Below, in pieces: positions 1-12,650 of a DNA stretch of 64,000 nucleotides. The notes under the pieces were generated by a model that was not told where the DNA came from, did not search any database, and was given only the letters and a program-made list of their open reading frames with translations. Origin of the DNA: Vicugna vicugna (lineage: Eukaryota); contig MU058037.1 of assembly GCA_013265495.1 (NCBI GenBank), forward strand, positions 1-64,000. The letters are read 5' to 3'. The translations under genes and the position numbers were made by a program. Within the stretch, counting starts at the first letter, position 1, and each line of letters begins with the position of its first letter.

Positions 1-1544
1 TACTTGAGCCATTTTTTTTAACCAAAGCAAAATAACCTAAGTAATACAAAGTGTTAAAATACAGCATAAAGATACAAAAACAGACATACTAAGTCTAATT
101 AGGAATGTAATTATGATGTTACATTTTTTATAATCCACAATTATGTTTAGGAAATCACACAAACATAGATCACTGATTTGAATGAAATGCATAAATTTGT
201 AGCAAAGCTTTGTAGTTACAAAAAACAAAAATATTACCAAAGAATGCACAAAATTAATGTTTATTCCACCTTTGTGTCATATTCCTGGATCCTTCACCAA
301 TGTTACATGAGGAAAAAAACAAAAGCAAAACAAATGAAAAACTGAAATCAGAATCACTAATGTTATCAAGTAGGGAAACAAATAAATTAAAATCTAGCAG
401 CCATCAGCAAGAGTACAGCACAGACAATGCTGTAAAAAGAAACAAAGAAAATTGCTAGAAAACTGTATGCATCATACTCTTTAAAACTAGCAAAATATGC
501 TCCTGTATACAATGGAATATAAATAGAATTTTTCTCCTGTAAGATATAGAAATGCAAATTCTTTTTTTAATATTGTGGGTGGGTCAAATGTGTTTGTACT
601 GGTTAATTATACTAAGCTATTGCAGAGTGAGCCGGGAACACATTTATGGATTCTTTGGATGATGTGTACCGTAATTTTTTGATGGGGATAGTGGACACTC
701 TAGCCAAAATTTAAAAAAAATGAACACACAAGTACAAGACAAAGGCGAATGAGACTTCTCTTATATCTTAGCAACATTTAGATGGAAATCAAATTTAAAT
801 GCAGTGCACTCTGCTTTTGAAGAGGCTTTGGTTCAGCTCCCAAATCTTGATTGCTCGATTGAGTCTCCTATGAGAATACTGAGAAGGTGTCTTTTTAAAC
901 AACAAACGTATTCTTAGTGGTGGAGCCGCTCTTAGTAGCTATGTCTGCATGGGACTGATAACCAATCACTATCTTTGGAGGAAGTCCTAACCTTTCCTTA
1001 TATACCCTCCCTATATGTGTAACAGCTTCTCTGTTTTCACATTCAGTAGTCCATATTGCTATATTATCACCTTTAGCTCTAACATTAACAACAGCTCCAC
1101 ATACATCATCACTGTAGTCATCAAAAGATTCTCCATTAAGGCACAGCATTGTCTCTAGCCAAAAGCGATCCAGGTCACTTTGTCTCTGCTGTTTGTTCAG
1201 TGTAATTAGCCATCCTCCTCGTTTGTTTTTCTCATCTTCCCACATGAGCTCAATACCATCCTTAAAAAGTGAGTAGTCACAGCCAGGCATTAAATTACTA
1301 GACAACTGGATATGGTTGTACAGAGCCCAAAAGTCTTCAACAGTATCAAACTTAGACAGTTTGCTTGCCAAGTTTTGCTTTTGTCATTTTTAAAAAACCA
1401 GAGTGCCCATCTGTTCTGTAACGCATGTTTAATATAGTGTTCTGGGTTAGCAACCTCCTGATTAGATTCTGTTATCTCTTCTGTAGGTGGGGGTTAGGAA
1501 TAGGGGTGGTTTCCGGTTCCACAGTCGCCATCTTAGATCGATCT
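1..1544 (-). pseudogene. EIF4E: Processed (intronless) EIF4E pseudogene; CDS remnant 1531->895, 3'UTR runs off the left edge
   Basis: ATG at 1531 reads MATVEPETTP; C-terminal frame KFDTVEDFWALYNHIQ...KSGSTTKNTFVV* matches eIF4E. No introns. CDS span is 637 nt versus 654 for a 217-aa protein, with 1-, 3-, 10- and 3-nt deletions; the frame from the ATG stops at codon 20 (TAA). Confidence 0.97.
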
Positions 1545-1545
1545 C

Positions 1546-1770
1546 TATAATCTTTATTCTTTTGTTACTCAAGTTGTCCCATTTTGGATCAGGAGGAGAC
1601 CTTTCCTAGTGGCTATTGTGTGTCCTTTTGATATGACTCCATTCATCTTTGAAAGCTGTTTTGCTTCCCCACAAAACAAGATTTCCCAGGCTTACTTTGT
1701 ATATTCTCTGTCCCAGATCTGAAATTAGCAATTTCTTAAAAGGTGCCTTAGTCATTGTGTTTCTCATTAA
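1546..1770 (-). mobile_element. Old L1 (L1MC-like) 3' fragment flanking the retrocopy
   Basis: Resembles remembered L1MC 3'UTR consensus (gtgtccttttgatatgac...tcccagatctgaaattagc). Confidence 0.55.
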
Positions 1771-2289
1771 AAGTGAAGAAACTTTTTCAATAAGCCCCTT
1801 AGCATACTTCACCTCTTATTTCATTGGTTAGAACTGATTTAAATGCCCATTCCTAAAACACTCCCTGGTTAGAGGAATGGGATTCCTGTGTTTGATTTAG
1901 TAAAGCACATAACTATGTAGAGGAGGGTTAGAGGTTCCATTAGAAAGGATAAAGGCAGGGCAGATAAAGTGGAGTAAATAGTTGCTGGGTAGCAAATCCA
2001 GTGTCTTCTACACTAATCAGAGTCATAAGTTGCCAGTTTATTGATTCAAGAACAATCTCTGGCAGGATAATGGCTCATAGTAATTTATACTGGGGATGGC
2101 CATTCAGAAGGCAACATCACATGTTTTCTTGATAAGAAATAGAAATTGAATGGACTTAGGGAATAATTTCATCAGATTTTGTAGCTGATTGTAAAAGTAT
2201 TTTGGTCTTTGTAATTATGACAGGTTAACAGAATCAGGGCATTCTCTTGTTGGAAATATTGACATTTTACTGTTCAGCAGCATTTTGGA

Positions 2290-2480
2290 ATAAGGCATTC
2301 ATGGATTGGAATGCCATCTCTTCTACCTACTAGCTATTTATTACCTAATCTCTCTGAGGCCTCAGTTTCTGCTTCTATAAAGTGGAAAGAGTAAAATGGA
2401 TTTCATGAAATAGTTTGAAGCTTAACTGATAAAAAGCACCTAGCCCAGATGTACACATAGTATTCAATAAGTGTTAGTTT
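2290..2480 (+). mobile_element. MIR SINE fragment
   Basis: MIR core-like ctctgaggcctcagtttctgcttctataaagtgg ... tattcaataagtgttag. Confidence 0.7.
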
Positions 2481-3721
2481 TCACCACAGCCCTCTTCCTC
2501 CCTCCTTTTTTGATTGTAACAGTTTTCTGCCTTTACACACCTCCTCGTGTCAGAGAAGTTGTCCAAAAGTATAGTTTATTCATCAGTAGTAGTTATTTTA
2601 AATTTCATTTTAGGGAAAAACCAAAACCTGTTTATGACATTTAGCGAATCATTTTCTTTTATCAACAACGTCTTTAGATGTTATCTTTTAGATGAGTTAT
2701 CTATTGGGGAGGCATATGCTCTTCATATGCTAGCTCTTAATAACTGTAATTTCAAAGGGGATATTTTCCAACCTTTCACCAAATCCATGGGTACACCTGT
2801 TGGGGGCCTTCTTTCTATGTACTGATACATATGAGTCCCAGAAAGTGGTCTCTAACTGCTCAACAGATGATCAGAGGACAAAAGAAGCAACAGAGAACTC
2901 CCTCCACTAAATGCACTTGGTAATGGCTGTCACAGCTTTAGACACTCATGCAAAAGTGAATGCACAATAAGCCTTGATTATCTGAAGCTAGTTATCGTCT
3001 CCATCAGCTTGGCCTCTGTCCCTTTTCTTTGCTCTCACCTGCTGATTGACCAGTTTGCTGTTCATTAACAGTTTTTAGAAAGATGGGCAGAGAAGGAAAA
3101 GGTTGCTACATTTTAATCAGTCTACTTCGGTTAAAAAAAGTCAGTTCATGTAAAATGGTTTTATCAAAATAAAGGAGAAGGATGAAATTTAAAAAGAAAA
3201 CTAAAATGAATTTTTTGATACATTATTTGTTGATTTGATATTATTCATAAATCTTTAGCTCTAATGATGACTGCATATTGAGAGCTGTCACTCCATCTAT
3301 TTAAAATATTTTATAGAATGATCCTAATTTTGCAAAAAAATACAACTATATATATGAGTAGAAGAAAATACATCAAAATTTAATAGTGGATTTCTTTGGT
3401 GATAGGACTTTTATTTTCCTTTTTCTTCAGTTTTTTTTCAAATTATCTACAGTGAGCCTTTGTTACTTGTACAATAAGAATAAAAAGTATTATGGTGATT
3501 TCATTAAAGTACACTTTGAAAGGTGAGAAACAAATGACTGCAATGGTTTAATATTTTATAACTGTATGTTAACTACTACTTGAGTCTTTTGTAAGATAGA
3601 ATAGGCAGTGTTCCTGTAGGAAGCCCATCAAATTCTGTGGAACAGACACAAGAGAAAATGCTGAAGGACCAGGGTAGATGAGAATCTTTGGTAATCTAGT
3701 ATTGGACTCTGAAATAGTTAT

Positions 3722-3930
3722 TCATTTATTATTTATTTATTTATTTTAATTTTTTAAATTGAAGTGTAGTCAGTTTACAATGTTGTGTCAGTTTCTGCTG
3801 TACAGCATGTTTCACTCATACATATACATATATATATTCCATCTCATATTCTTTTTCAGTATAGGTTATGGCAAGATATTGAATATGGTTCCCTGTGCTA
3901 TACAGAAGAACCTTGTTTATCCACTTTGTA
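3722..3930 (-). mobile_element. Young L1 3' end, 5'-truncated
   Basis: T-rich tail followed by ttgaagtgtagtcagtttacaatgttgtgtc, shared with several other copies in the window. Confidence 0.9.
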
Positions 3931-4114
3931 TGAAATGTTCCTTTAGATTTAATTTTTTGGTCCATAAGCCTGAGGTCTTTGATCCTCAAGGGTTTCATTT
4001 TGCCTTCATACCAAACTTTGTAGGAGACAGAATTTAGGGACTTAAGGATTCATGTTCTTCTCTGGCTGCTTATTTGTCATTTAGAATCCCAGACATGTGG
4101 ATTTGTCTCTTCCC

Positions 4115-4930
4115 TATCTTAGCCTATCTTCCCCTAGAAGTAGACTCTGAGGCAGATTCCAGAACCAGTAGTTAATTTGGAAGGTGATCCCAGGAAGCAC
4201 TGGCAGGAGAGTGGGGAAGTGAGTTAGGGAAGGGAAGGGTGGGTTATCAGGCAAGTTACTTGCACCATGGATAACAGGAGAATAGTTCTACTGGAAACAC
4301 TGGGGGCCGTTATAGAACACATGCTTTAAAGCTATCTCGGTCACTGGTTGAGGGCCGCTCCTGGGGGCATTGATTGACTGCTGGGCTCTGATGGCCAGAA
4401 AGATCCCTCAGGTGCTGCCAGTCAGCAGTGGGCCAGGAGTTCAGACAATTCAGACAGTGGTAAGGCATGAGGGGATATAGGCAGGCGCAGACAATCTGCC
4501 ACGCTCCTCCTTTCACAGGACATGGTAAGGTCACAGTACTTTGTTTGCGTGGGAACAAAAGCAATTGAGCATTTCCTTGCTTGAAAATGAAGCCTGTGTT
4601 ACAAAATGCAAAAATGTATTTGGCAATGAGTGCCAATAAAGGGCACATCAGTGAGCCAGTCACCACTGTGGCTAAATGCAGCCCAGTCTTACTGGAGCCT
4701 CTGAGAGAGAATATAAAACATGCCTCAGAGTTATCCCACCCACGGGGCAAGGAAGCTTGAGGTTTTATCACCCCATTCAGTCATTATTGACTAAGAATGA
4801 CACCCGGGGTATCCCCTGGGCACTTCCCACTTGGCCCTCAAAGAGGCTGAGAGAAAGCCCTCAGGTAGAGAGCTGGAGATGCTGGCAGTGAGAGGCATGG
4901 AGAGTCAAGGCACTGGCCACAGTGTGCTAC
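4115..4930 (-). mobile_element. Two ERVL LTR16-like fragments (~4115-4502 and ~4625-4930)
   Basis: gtgatcccaggaagcac...ggggaagtgag and catgcctcagagttatcccacc motifs; reverse-complement homologues at 12340-12650 and 62722-63183. Confidence 0.7.
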
Positions 4931-7614
4931 ACTTAGTGTGGCCAGGGCAGCAGTATGGTGGTCATCCCTGTGGCAGGGGGAGGAGGTGACCTCTTCTCTG
5001 ATGTGCAGAAGGGCCTAAGATCTGTGTTCTGGTGGCACCCCTGGCTGAGTTCCCCCAGGGAGAGTAGCAGAGAAGACAAATGCAGAGTCCCTGTGGGGCA
5101 CCCCTTAGAACTTTCCTGACTTTGGGGAGGCATTTAGGAGGGATTTGAGACCGGCCACACTTTATTACAGTCTACTTTTCTGTCTCAAGGCTGTTGTGAT
5201 CTGGGCAGTCCAGGTTCCAATAGAATTTTAGTGCTGGAGGGAGCCCAGGGCATCCACCTCCCCTCATACAGGGTCCTGCTTCTGTTTCTCCATAAGCTGT
5301 GTGGGCGGTGAGTTGTTGAGGTCCATGTATTCTGTTACTGGATGCTGGATGGGGCTGGGGCTGGGGCTGCTGGGACATTGGATGGTGTAACAGCCATTAA
5401 AATCTCATACACAGTAGAGCATCTGCAAGACCGTCAGACCTTATACATTGTCAAGATTTGCTCCCTCTTAAATTTTTGCTGTGATGGTTATGCTAAAAAA
5501 ACCTGCCTCTTTTCCAGACTCTTTTGTATATTCTAGTCAGTATCTATTTCATATGCTTGTTAATTGCTGCTACATGTTGGTTCATAAACCTGCTTGGTTC
5601 ATCCATCCAGGGAAATTTACTCATCACCACCATCAGCTTCCACAGTGTGCTTGGATCTGAGGAACCAGGAAAAGCTGAAGTTACTGTGGAATACAGAGGC
5701 AAAGTGCTGGCTAGGGACTTGGATAAAAACCCAGGAACTCTGTCCTAGCTTTTCTGCTCAACTAGGCTGTCAGTGCAGGATAAGTCATTGAGACAGACTC
5801 AAAAATAATCCTGACTGAATTTCTTGCATATGTTTCAACTTGTGTATAATATTTTATTAGGAAGACACTATCATTTCCCTTCATGAGCCTTAAAATTTTT
5901 CTTATATTTCAATAAATGATTTTATTTTGTTTAGGGAAACACATCCTTCCCTGCACCATCCCCAGAAGAACACAGGTATCATTTTATAATGATAATTCTC
6001 CAAAAATAGTGTTTGATAAGCTTTGTTGAGAACCTTTTTGTCTCATTAATCAATCATTTATTTGATTTATTCATTCTGTCAATAAATCTACATCAGGCTC
6101 CTCCTATGTGTCCATCAGTGTGCTCAGTGCCAAAGTAAATAAAAGAGACGCAGGCTACATCCTCCTGGAGGTAGGATGGGTGGGCGGCTGCAACCGCTGT
6201 ATAGAAGATGCAGCCCATTTGCTTCCTTGAGAAATTTAAATGATGGAGACACAGCTGGTTGAGCTCTAAGCTCAACTCTGCTTTGTCAGTCCCTGCTTCC
6301 CTCCGGCTTCTTTCTCTTGTTTCCTGTTATCCCTCCGTCTGTCTCAGAGGGATTTTCTGGGCTGTCTCTTCCTTCCAATGGCTAGGTTTCCCTGGCGCTG
6401 CCTCTTGTCACACAGCCAGTTCTTGAAGGTTGTGAAGAGAATGTCACCTTGTTTTTTTCCCCCAAACTCTCCTTACATATTTAGAAATCGAAGGTGGTTT
6501 CGGCAATGATTCATACTCTGCAGCCCTGGGATCGAATGACTGAATCCCGGGAGCATAGGAGCAAGGAATGGACTAAGTCCCTCAAATCCAGACATTTAGT
6601 TGCTGTCAGCATTTGGGAATTATGCATTCAAGCAATGCTCTCTTTTTCTCACATTTTACTTGTTGTGTGAGCAGGTGGGCGAAAGCCTGGTAGGTGTCAT
6701 GGGCTAGAAAATGCTGTGAAGAATCCCTCACAGCTCCTGCCTGAACCTTCCACGATGAAGCCAATTTGCATCTGAGCCTGTAGTTCTGGGGCTTCGAGCT
6801 TTATCGAGTATGTGCTTATTTAATCGCCCTCTTTACACTTGGTTCCTTTCTGCACTTTTGAATTTGGTCTGTTCCCTGCAGAACAGACTTGACTATTTTT
6901 AAACTGGTTGGCATTAAACACACTGTGGTTTCTCCTTTAAATTTGTTGATTGGGTAAATTAATTTAGAAAAACTGTGGAGATAAACATTTAAGGAAGGAT
7001 TTTTAAGGAGAGGCTAGGACTTGGTTCACTGTCTTTTCAGACTGCTGTTATTGCAAATGGATTTCTTGTGTCCCTCTCACGTCAGGATGTTGTTAAGTAC
7101 AGATTCTGCAATAGGAGGATTTTTCCATTAGTTGTTCAGAGGAGTAAAAGAAAAAAGCATGTTCACAGCAAAGAAGAAATTGACTTTAAGACTCTATTAA
7201 GAATAAAATGGCCTGGAACTGCAGTGGGGAAAAGGAAAACATTCACTAGAGAGGCAGAACATATAGTAGTATAATTATTGTACTAGTCATTCATAGTATT
7301 ATCCCATACTGATTAACCATGACAAGAGATTGAGCAGAATCCTTCAGAGTGCCCTACTTACAGGAGAAAAAAGGGTGATGTATTTGTCAATTAAAGTGTT
7401 GCTCTAAATATTAGTTTTTTTTTTCACAAGGATTTCTGTTTCAAGGAGGAGATGCTGGAGACCAAGAACACAAAGAAAATATATATGAAACGGTGCATTG
7501 TGCTGTCACACTCCAGGGTGGTTGGTATATCTGCTTCAGATTAAGGGTTTGATGTCATGGAAACAGCTTGTTCATTTGGAAAGCTGCTGACACTCTGTGG
7601 GAAGGCAAAGGACC

Positions 7615-7659
7615 TGTGTGTGTGTGTGCGTGTGCGTGTGCGTGTATGTGTGTGTGTGT
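7615..7659. repeat. (TG)n/(TGCG) microsatellite
   Basis: Directly visible. Confidence 0.95.
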
Positions 7660-7799
7660 AACAGTCCCTATCAATCCTCAGCGAAACCAAAACGCATTCC
7701 TGCCAGAAAGTATGGAATTATATCAGAGGGTTAGACTTCTCTTTTACTTTTGGCATCAGAGTTTTAGAGCACATGACTCATTTGAAGAATAATGTTGGA

Positions 7800-7920
7800 A
7801 TGAAAATTCTGAGTCATTGGGTCTGGGGTGGGGACTGAACTTGTGCATTTCTAAGCAGCTCCCTGATGATGCCGATGCTGATGGTCTGGGGATCACACTT
7901 GGGAAATCACTGCTTTAGAG
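7800..7920. mobile_element. MER5-like hAT-Charlie DNA transposon fragment (similar pieces at ~19470-19600, ~47325-47490, ~53570-53740)
   Basis: ggtctggggtgggac...tgcatttctaagcagctccctgatgatgccgatgctg motif. Confidence 0.75.
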
Positions 7921-8298
7921 CTGGTCTCAATTTGGCTAAACATTTGAATCACCTTCCTTTCTGGCTAGTGTGAACTACTTAATTACTTAATGTTTGGTCA
8001 GAAATTTTAAAAAGAATCATAGTTTTAAATTTTTGCTTTCGCTTTTACTGATTTGTTTGTCACTTTTAACTTTTACTTAGAGCTAGATGTCTTGGCAAAT
8101 AAAAGAAGGTAAACTATGTACATGTTTAATACATTATTCTGAACTGAACATTGTAGACTATCAAATTATACTGGAGTTTGGAGACCTGGAAGGAAAACGG
8201 TTTACAGTCTCCTTCCTACCCCTAAATAGAACCAAGAAATCATATAGGTGATCAGTCTGGTAAAAGCGATGACTCTTTGGCAAATTGAGAATACCCGC

Positions 8299-8753
8299 TG
8301 TAGTGGATTGAATAGTGTTCTCCAAAAATTCTTGTCCACCTGTAACTTCAGAGTGTGACCTGGTTTGGAAATATGGTTTTTGCAGATGTAACTAGTTAAG
8401 ATGGGGTCATATTGAATTAGGATGGGCCCTAAATCCAATGTCTGGTGTCCTAATAAGATGGGGAGTGGTTGCAGACACATACACACACACACAGGGAAGA
8501 CGGCCATGTGAAAATGGAGGCAGAGGTTGGAGTGATACAGCTGCAACCCAAGGCACTCCAAGGACTGCCAAGAGCCACCAGAAGCTAGGAAGAGGCAAGG
8601 AGGTGTTCTCTGGAGCCTTCATAGCGAGCATAGCCCTGCTGACACCTTAATTTCAAGCTCCTACCCTTCAGAACTATGAGATAATAAATTTCTGTTGTTT
8701 TAAGCCATCACATTTGTGGTAATTTGTTACAGCAGCCCTAAGAAATAAATATG
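8299..8753 (+). mobile_element. MaLR solo LTR, MLT1B/C-like
   Basis: Starts tgtagtggattgaatagtg; AATAAA-type signal near 8684; 5-bp TSD cccgc/cccac (8294-8298, 8754-8758). Confidence 0.9.
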
Positions 8754-9074
8754 CCCACCATAGCATAGAGAACTGTACTGAAACCTGGTCTCATCAGAGT
8801 TGGATATACATGCTCTTCTTTATTTGAGATGGGCAAGCACTTTATTTCTCAAGGAAAGTGTGTGATTTCCATTTATTGAGCCATAAATTTAAATCCCCCA
8901 ATAAATTCAGGGATCATCTGTTGTCCTGTGATTTTTGAATAGCCTGTGGTTAAGTACATGGTTCCAATCACAGCTATGAAATGATAATGATAAAGTCGTA
9001 TATCTTCATCCAGCTTTCTTCAGCATCCTTGTTATACTTGAGCTCTGTTGTAGTTGTGCTGCTGATTTCTGCAT

Positions 9075-9320
9075 GATTCACTGTAACAGCTTAGGTGCTT
9101 ATGAGGTCAGGATCATGGGTTTGATTCCCTGGTGAAACAGTTGGCTGTTTCTTGGCCGTGGACTGCTCACTTAACCCTGGCTAATGTCCTTGAAAATGTT
9201 GATCAGAATTGGAATTGAGTGAAGCTGTCTAGAACAAGTTCAATACTCTAACAAACAAAACATTTCAAGAGCACAGCCTACTAAAAGTGGGTAAGTAGTG
9301 TCAACTTCTCATGCAAAGGA
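9075..9320 (+). mobile_element. Ancient tRNA-derived SINE, MamSINE1-like
   Basis: ggtgcttatgaggtcaggatcatgggtttgattccc (B-box-like) followed by tggccgtggactgctcacttaaccctgg. Confidence 0.6.
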
Positions 9321-10394
9321 CAATATGATGATGATGATGATATTTAATCTAATAGGTATATTTGGGTCAACATTTTGACTCTCCATCAGCACTTGGTTCA
9401 TAGTTTGGAAAATTGAATTGTGTCCCAGGTTTGATCTCAATCTGTGCTGGATTTGTAGGCACAATTGAGATGGCTTTGAAATTTATTAAGTTAATTATTA
9501 ATGCAGCTACTTTGATTTTGAGGATGAATTTAATTCCATGGATTTTTGTAGTTGGAATCATATATAGCTTTAGGAGTTCTAGGGAGACATTGACAATATT
9601 GCCCATTAATTTCTCTTAAGTCTTAGAATCTTACCCCAAACTGACAAATTTGATTTGGATTTTATAACAATTCCCAGCAAGATGTAAGCAACTTAACCTA
9701 TAGGGTGTTTGTGTCAGTGCGAATTTGCTCTTATGATTTACATTTAAACGAGGTTATGAAAAAAGATCTTGGGAGTTGTTTTCTTTATGGAAAGTTGCTG
9801 TGCTCTCAAGAAAATGGTTTTAGTAAAAAGCTTTTCTGGATGCAGCGCTACAACAGGCCCACCCTTCATAGTTTATATTAGTTGGTAAAATGTCTTGGTA
9901 GAGACAGGGGGCAAGGAAAGGAAACGCCTTTCCAGGGTTTAAATAATTACTTCTAAGATGAAAGAAGGAAGTGGATTTGTCCTAAGCATTTGAGATAAAA
10001 CTTTTAAAAATTCTGTATCATAATTGTAGCATTTCAGAGTGTTCCAAAGGCTAAGTATACTGTGCAGTAGGTTTAATCAGAGAAAGGGGAATTTGGCAGA
10101 ATACCAGCTGATTACATTAACAAGATGCCTATTGTCCTGGTTGCACAGTCTATTTTATTTGGTGTCATTTATTACATTTAGGGATGGGGGCCTCCCTTTC
10201 TTATTTCTTATTTTCTTTCCATCAGGAACAATTCCAGGAAATTTTCAGAGAGAACCTGAGATACTGTGCCTGATGCCTTGTATTTGTCCTGTTTGCTTCC
10301 CCTTTGGGTTGTTAGAGGGGAGAAAGCCTGAGTGTTAGGACACTCATAGAGGAGCAATTTCAAGGCTCTATATATGCCTGATTAGGGAGAGGAT

Positions 10395-11050
10395 TAAAAC
10401 TAATATTTATCTGGGCACCTATCAAATATCAGGTGTGGTGCAGGTAAATTCACGTATCCCTGCAGCCCTCTGATATACGTATTATGATTCTAATTTCACT
10501 TTTAGGAAACTGAGGCTCAAAGAGATGATGCATTTGCCCAAGAACACACAGCACTTAAGTGGGATTCGGATCAGTCTGACTCCAAAGCCTGAGTTCTCTT
10601 ACTGCACCATGTTACCTTTTAAAATGTAAAATGTAAATGTAAGATATTGAGTCCCACCCCGTGGGAGGTGATAGAGCATGACGGTTAAAAGGGCAGACCC
10701 TGGAGCTATGTTGCCTCGGCTCAAGCCTCACACCTGTGACTTAATAACTGTGTGACCCCAGGCAAATTGCACACCCTCTCTGTGCCTCATTTCTTCATAT
10801 GTATAAAGGGTGATAATATTAGCACCTACACAACAGGGTTGTGGTGACTCTAGAATGAGCAACTAGAGCAATGCCTGGCACATGGTGGGGACCAGGTTAG
10901 TATTTATCATTAAGCCTTGCGATAACACTATTTGACAGGTGAAGATCTGACTATCTTGCCTGAAGTGGCACAGCTAGAATGGAGTAGCATGGCTGAAACA
11001 GGGTTTGAGCAGAGCCTGATGATATGTCCAGGGCTCTTTTCACTATACAT
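10395..11050. mobile_element. Cluster of MIR fragments in both orientations
   Basis: aggaaactgaggctca and tgtgaccccaggcaaatt...ctctgtgcctcatttctt core motifs. Confidence 0.8.
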
Positions 11051-12339
11051 CAAGTGAAAATTATCAGGAGTCACCAAGAACTAGAATTAGGGAGAAAACA
11101 ATATACTCCTCTGAGTCCCTGAAACCTTTGCATTGGCCTCTGAGTGGGTGCAGACACACACTCAGAAAAACATTCATGCAACAGCTGTTCTCAGGGGTGT
11201 GTGAAATTTAGCGTCCATAACTAGAGGGCTCTGATTTCCAGTTCCAGCTCCGGAAGCTAGTTACTAAGAAGGCTCTCACAGCTTCCTCACTCAGTCTTCT
11301 GACTCACTGCAGCCTGCCTCTCCTCTCTCCCCGCCCAACCCAAATCCTAGGATTGCTGGGAAGGCAACAAGGATCTAATCACTGTGAAGTGACTGTGAGT
11401 TGAGTCTCCTTGCAGAGCGAATCCTCACATTGGTTGCTGGGTTGTCAAAGCTTTAGAGAAGATGGCCCTAGTGCTGGCTGCCAGGTGCCTCCTGACTATC
11501 AGTTCAAATGTGAGTGGGTGAGAGCAGGGGGCACTTCAGAAGCTTCTCAGCAGAAAAGACTAAGTATCATGTTGTCACCTCCTACCATCACTGCCCCTGT
11601 CCCTTCTTTGTTCTCTGCCCTTGGTAGGCAGGGGTCATTTTTTCTTCACATGTAAGCGGACCACAATTCACCTAAGATAGTTTAACACAAATCTCTCTAA
11701 ATGTTTGTGATGGTGTTTGATTTGATGTCCCAGTGAGCCCCCAAATCTCCATTCTTCCTTCTTGTCATAGTTTCTTCCCTCTCCTCTGTTTCACTGGAAT
11801 TGATAATAATGGTGCCACAAAGAGACTTGCTCCATCTAACCTTGTTTTCTTCTCATCCATTGAGCACCCCTTGTACATACCCAGCCCTGGGACTTGACTC
11901 ATGTCATGCCTTGTCCATTCTGCCATTTAGAGTGTTAAGACATTCACAGAATAACAATTTCAAGGCTCTCCATATTCTTGGCTGGAGAGAGGATCGAAAC
12001 TAGCATTTTCTGAGCACCCATCAAGATCTAGGTGTGATGCTGATAAATTCACATATCCCAGGAGCCTTCTGACATAGGAATTATGATTCCTGTTTGTGTT
12101 CTGTTTCTCCTTTAAGGATTAGTTCTACTTCTGCAGCTAGCCTAATCTCTCTCAGCTGCCTATTTTGTATCTCTCATATAGCCCTTGGAGGCAGGCACCT
12201 CTATCATATAGCCCCTTACCACACATTTATGATTCCTGAAAACACAAATGTTGGCTTCTCACTAGGAACACTTGCTACTTCCTGCCTATGGGGTTATTCT
12301 TGTGAGACAATGGTTAGCCCATGTTTAGGGCAAGTGAGT

Positions 12340-12650
12340 GCCCCAGAAGCAGCCCTCAGCAAATGATAGATGAGTTAAGTTGGTGGATAAATTGTGCTAC
12401 TTCATCACCCTTTGGTAGGATGATTCAGACATGTTCTGCAGTATATCTCAATGGTCCTCAGCGGAATTGAGCCTCATTTGCCCACAGCAGTAACCTCCTC
12501 AATAACGAATCCTTTTTTGGCTTCTTTCCGTTCCCTGGCTTACTTCCAGTCACCCTTACCAGAGCTTCCTAGGATCATCTCCAAAGTAAACTACTTGTAT
12601 CTGAATCCTTGTCTCAAGGTCTGCTTCTGGAAGAATCTAGCCCAGACAAA
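12340..12650 (+). mobile_element. ERVL LTR16-like 3' part
   Basis: Ends aatccttgtctcaaggtctgcttctggaagaatctagcccagaca. Confidence 0.7.

Noticed and set aside
895..1371. 158-aa eIF4E ORF as a functional gene
   Set aside because: It starts at an out-of-context TTG created by a frameshift; the true ATG frame stops at codon 20, and there are no introns.
4310..4771. 153-aa ORF
   Set aside because: Spans LTR16-like fragments; no protein similarity recognised.
6280..7260. Repeat-free, slightly CpG-retaining block as a promoter or enhancer
   Set aside because: No CpG island or diagnostic motif; needs conservation or chromatin data.
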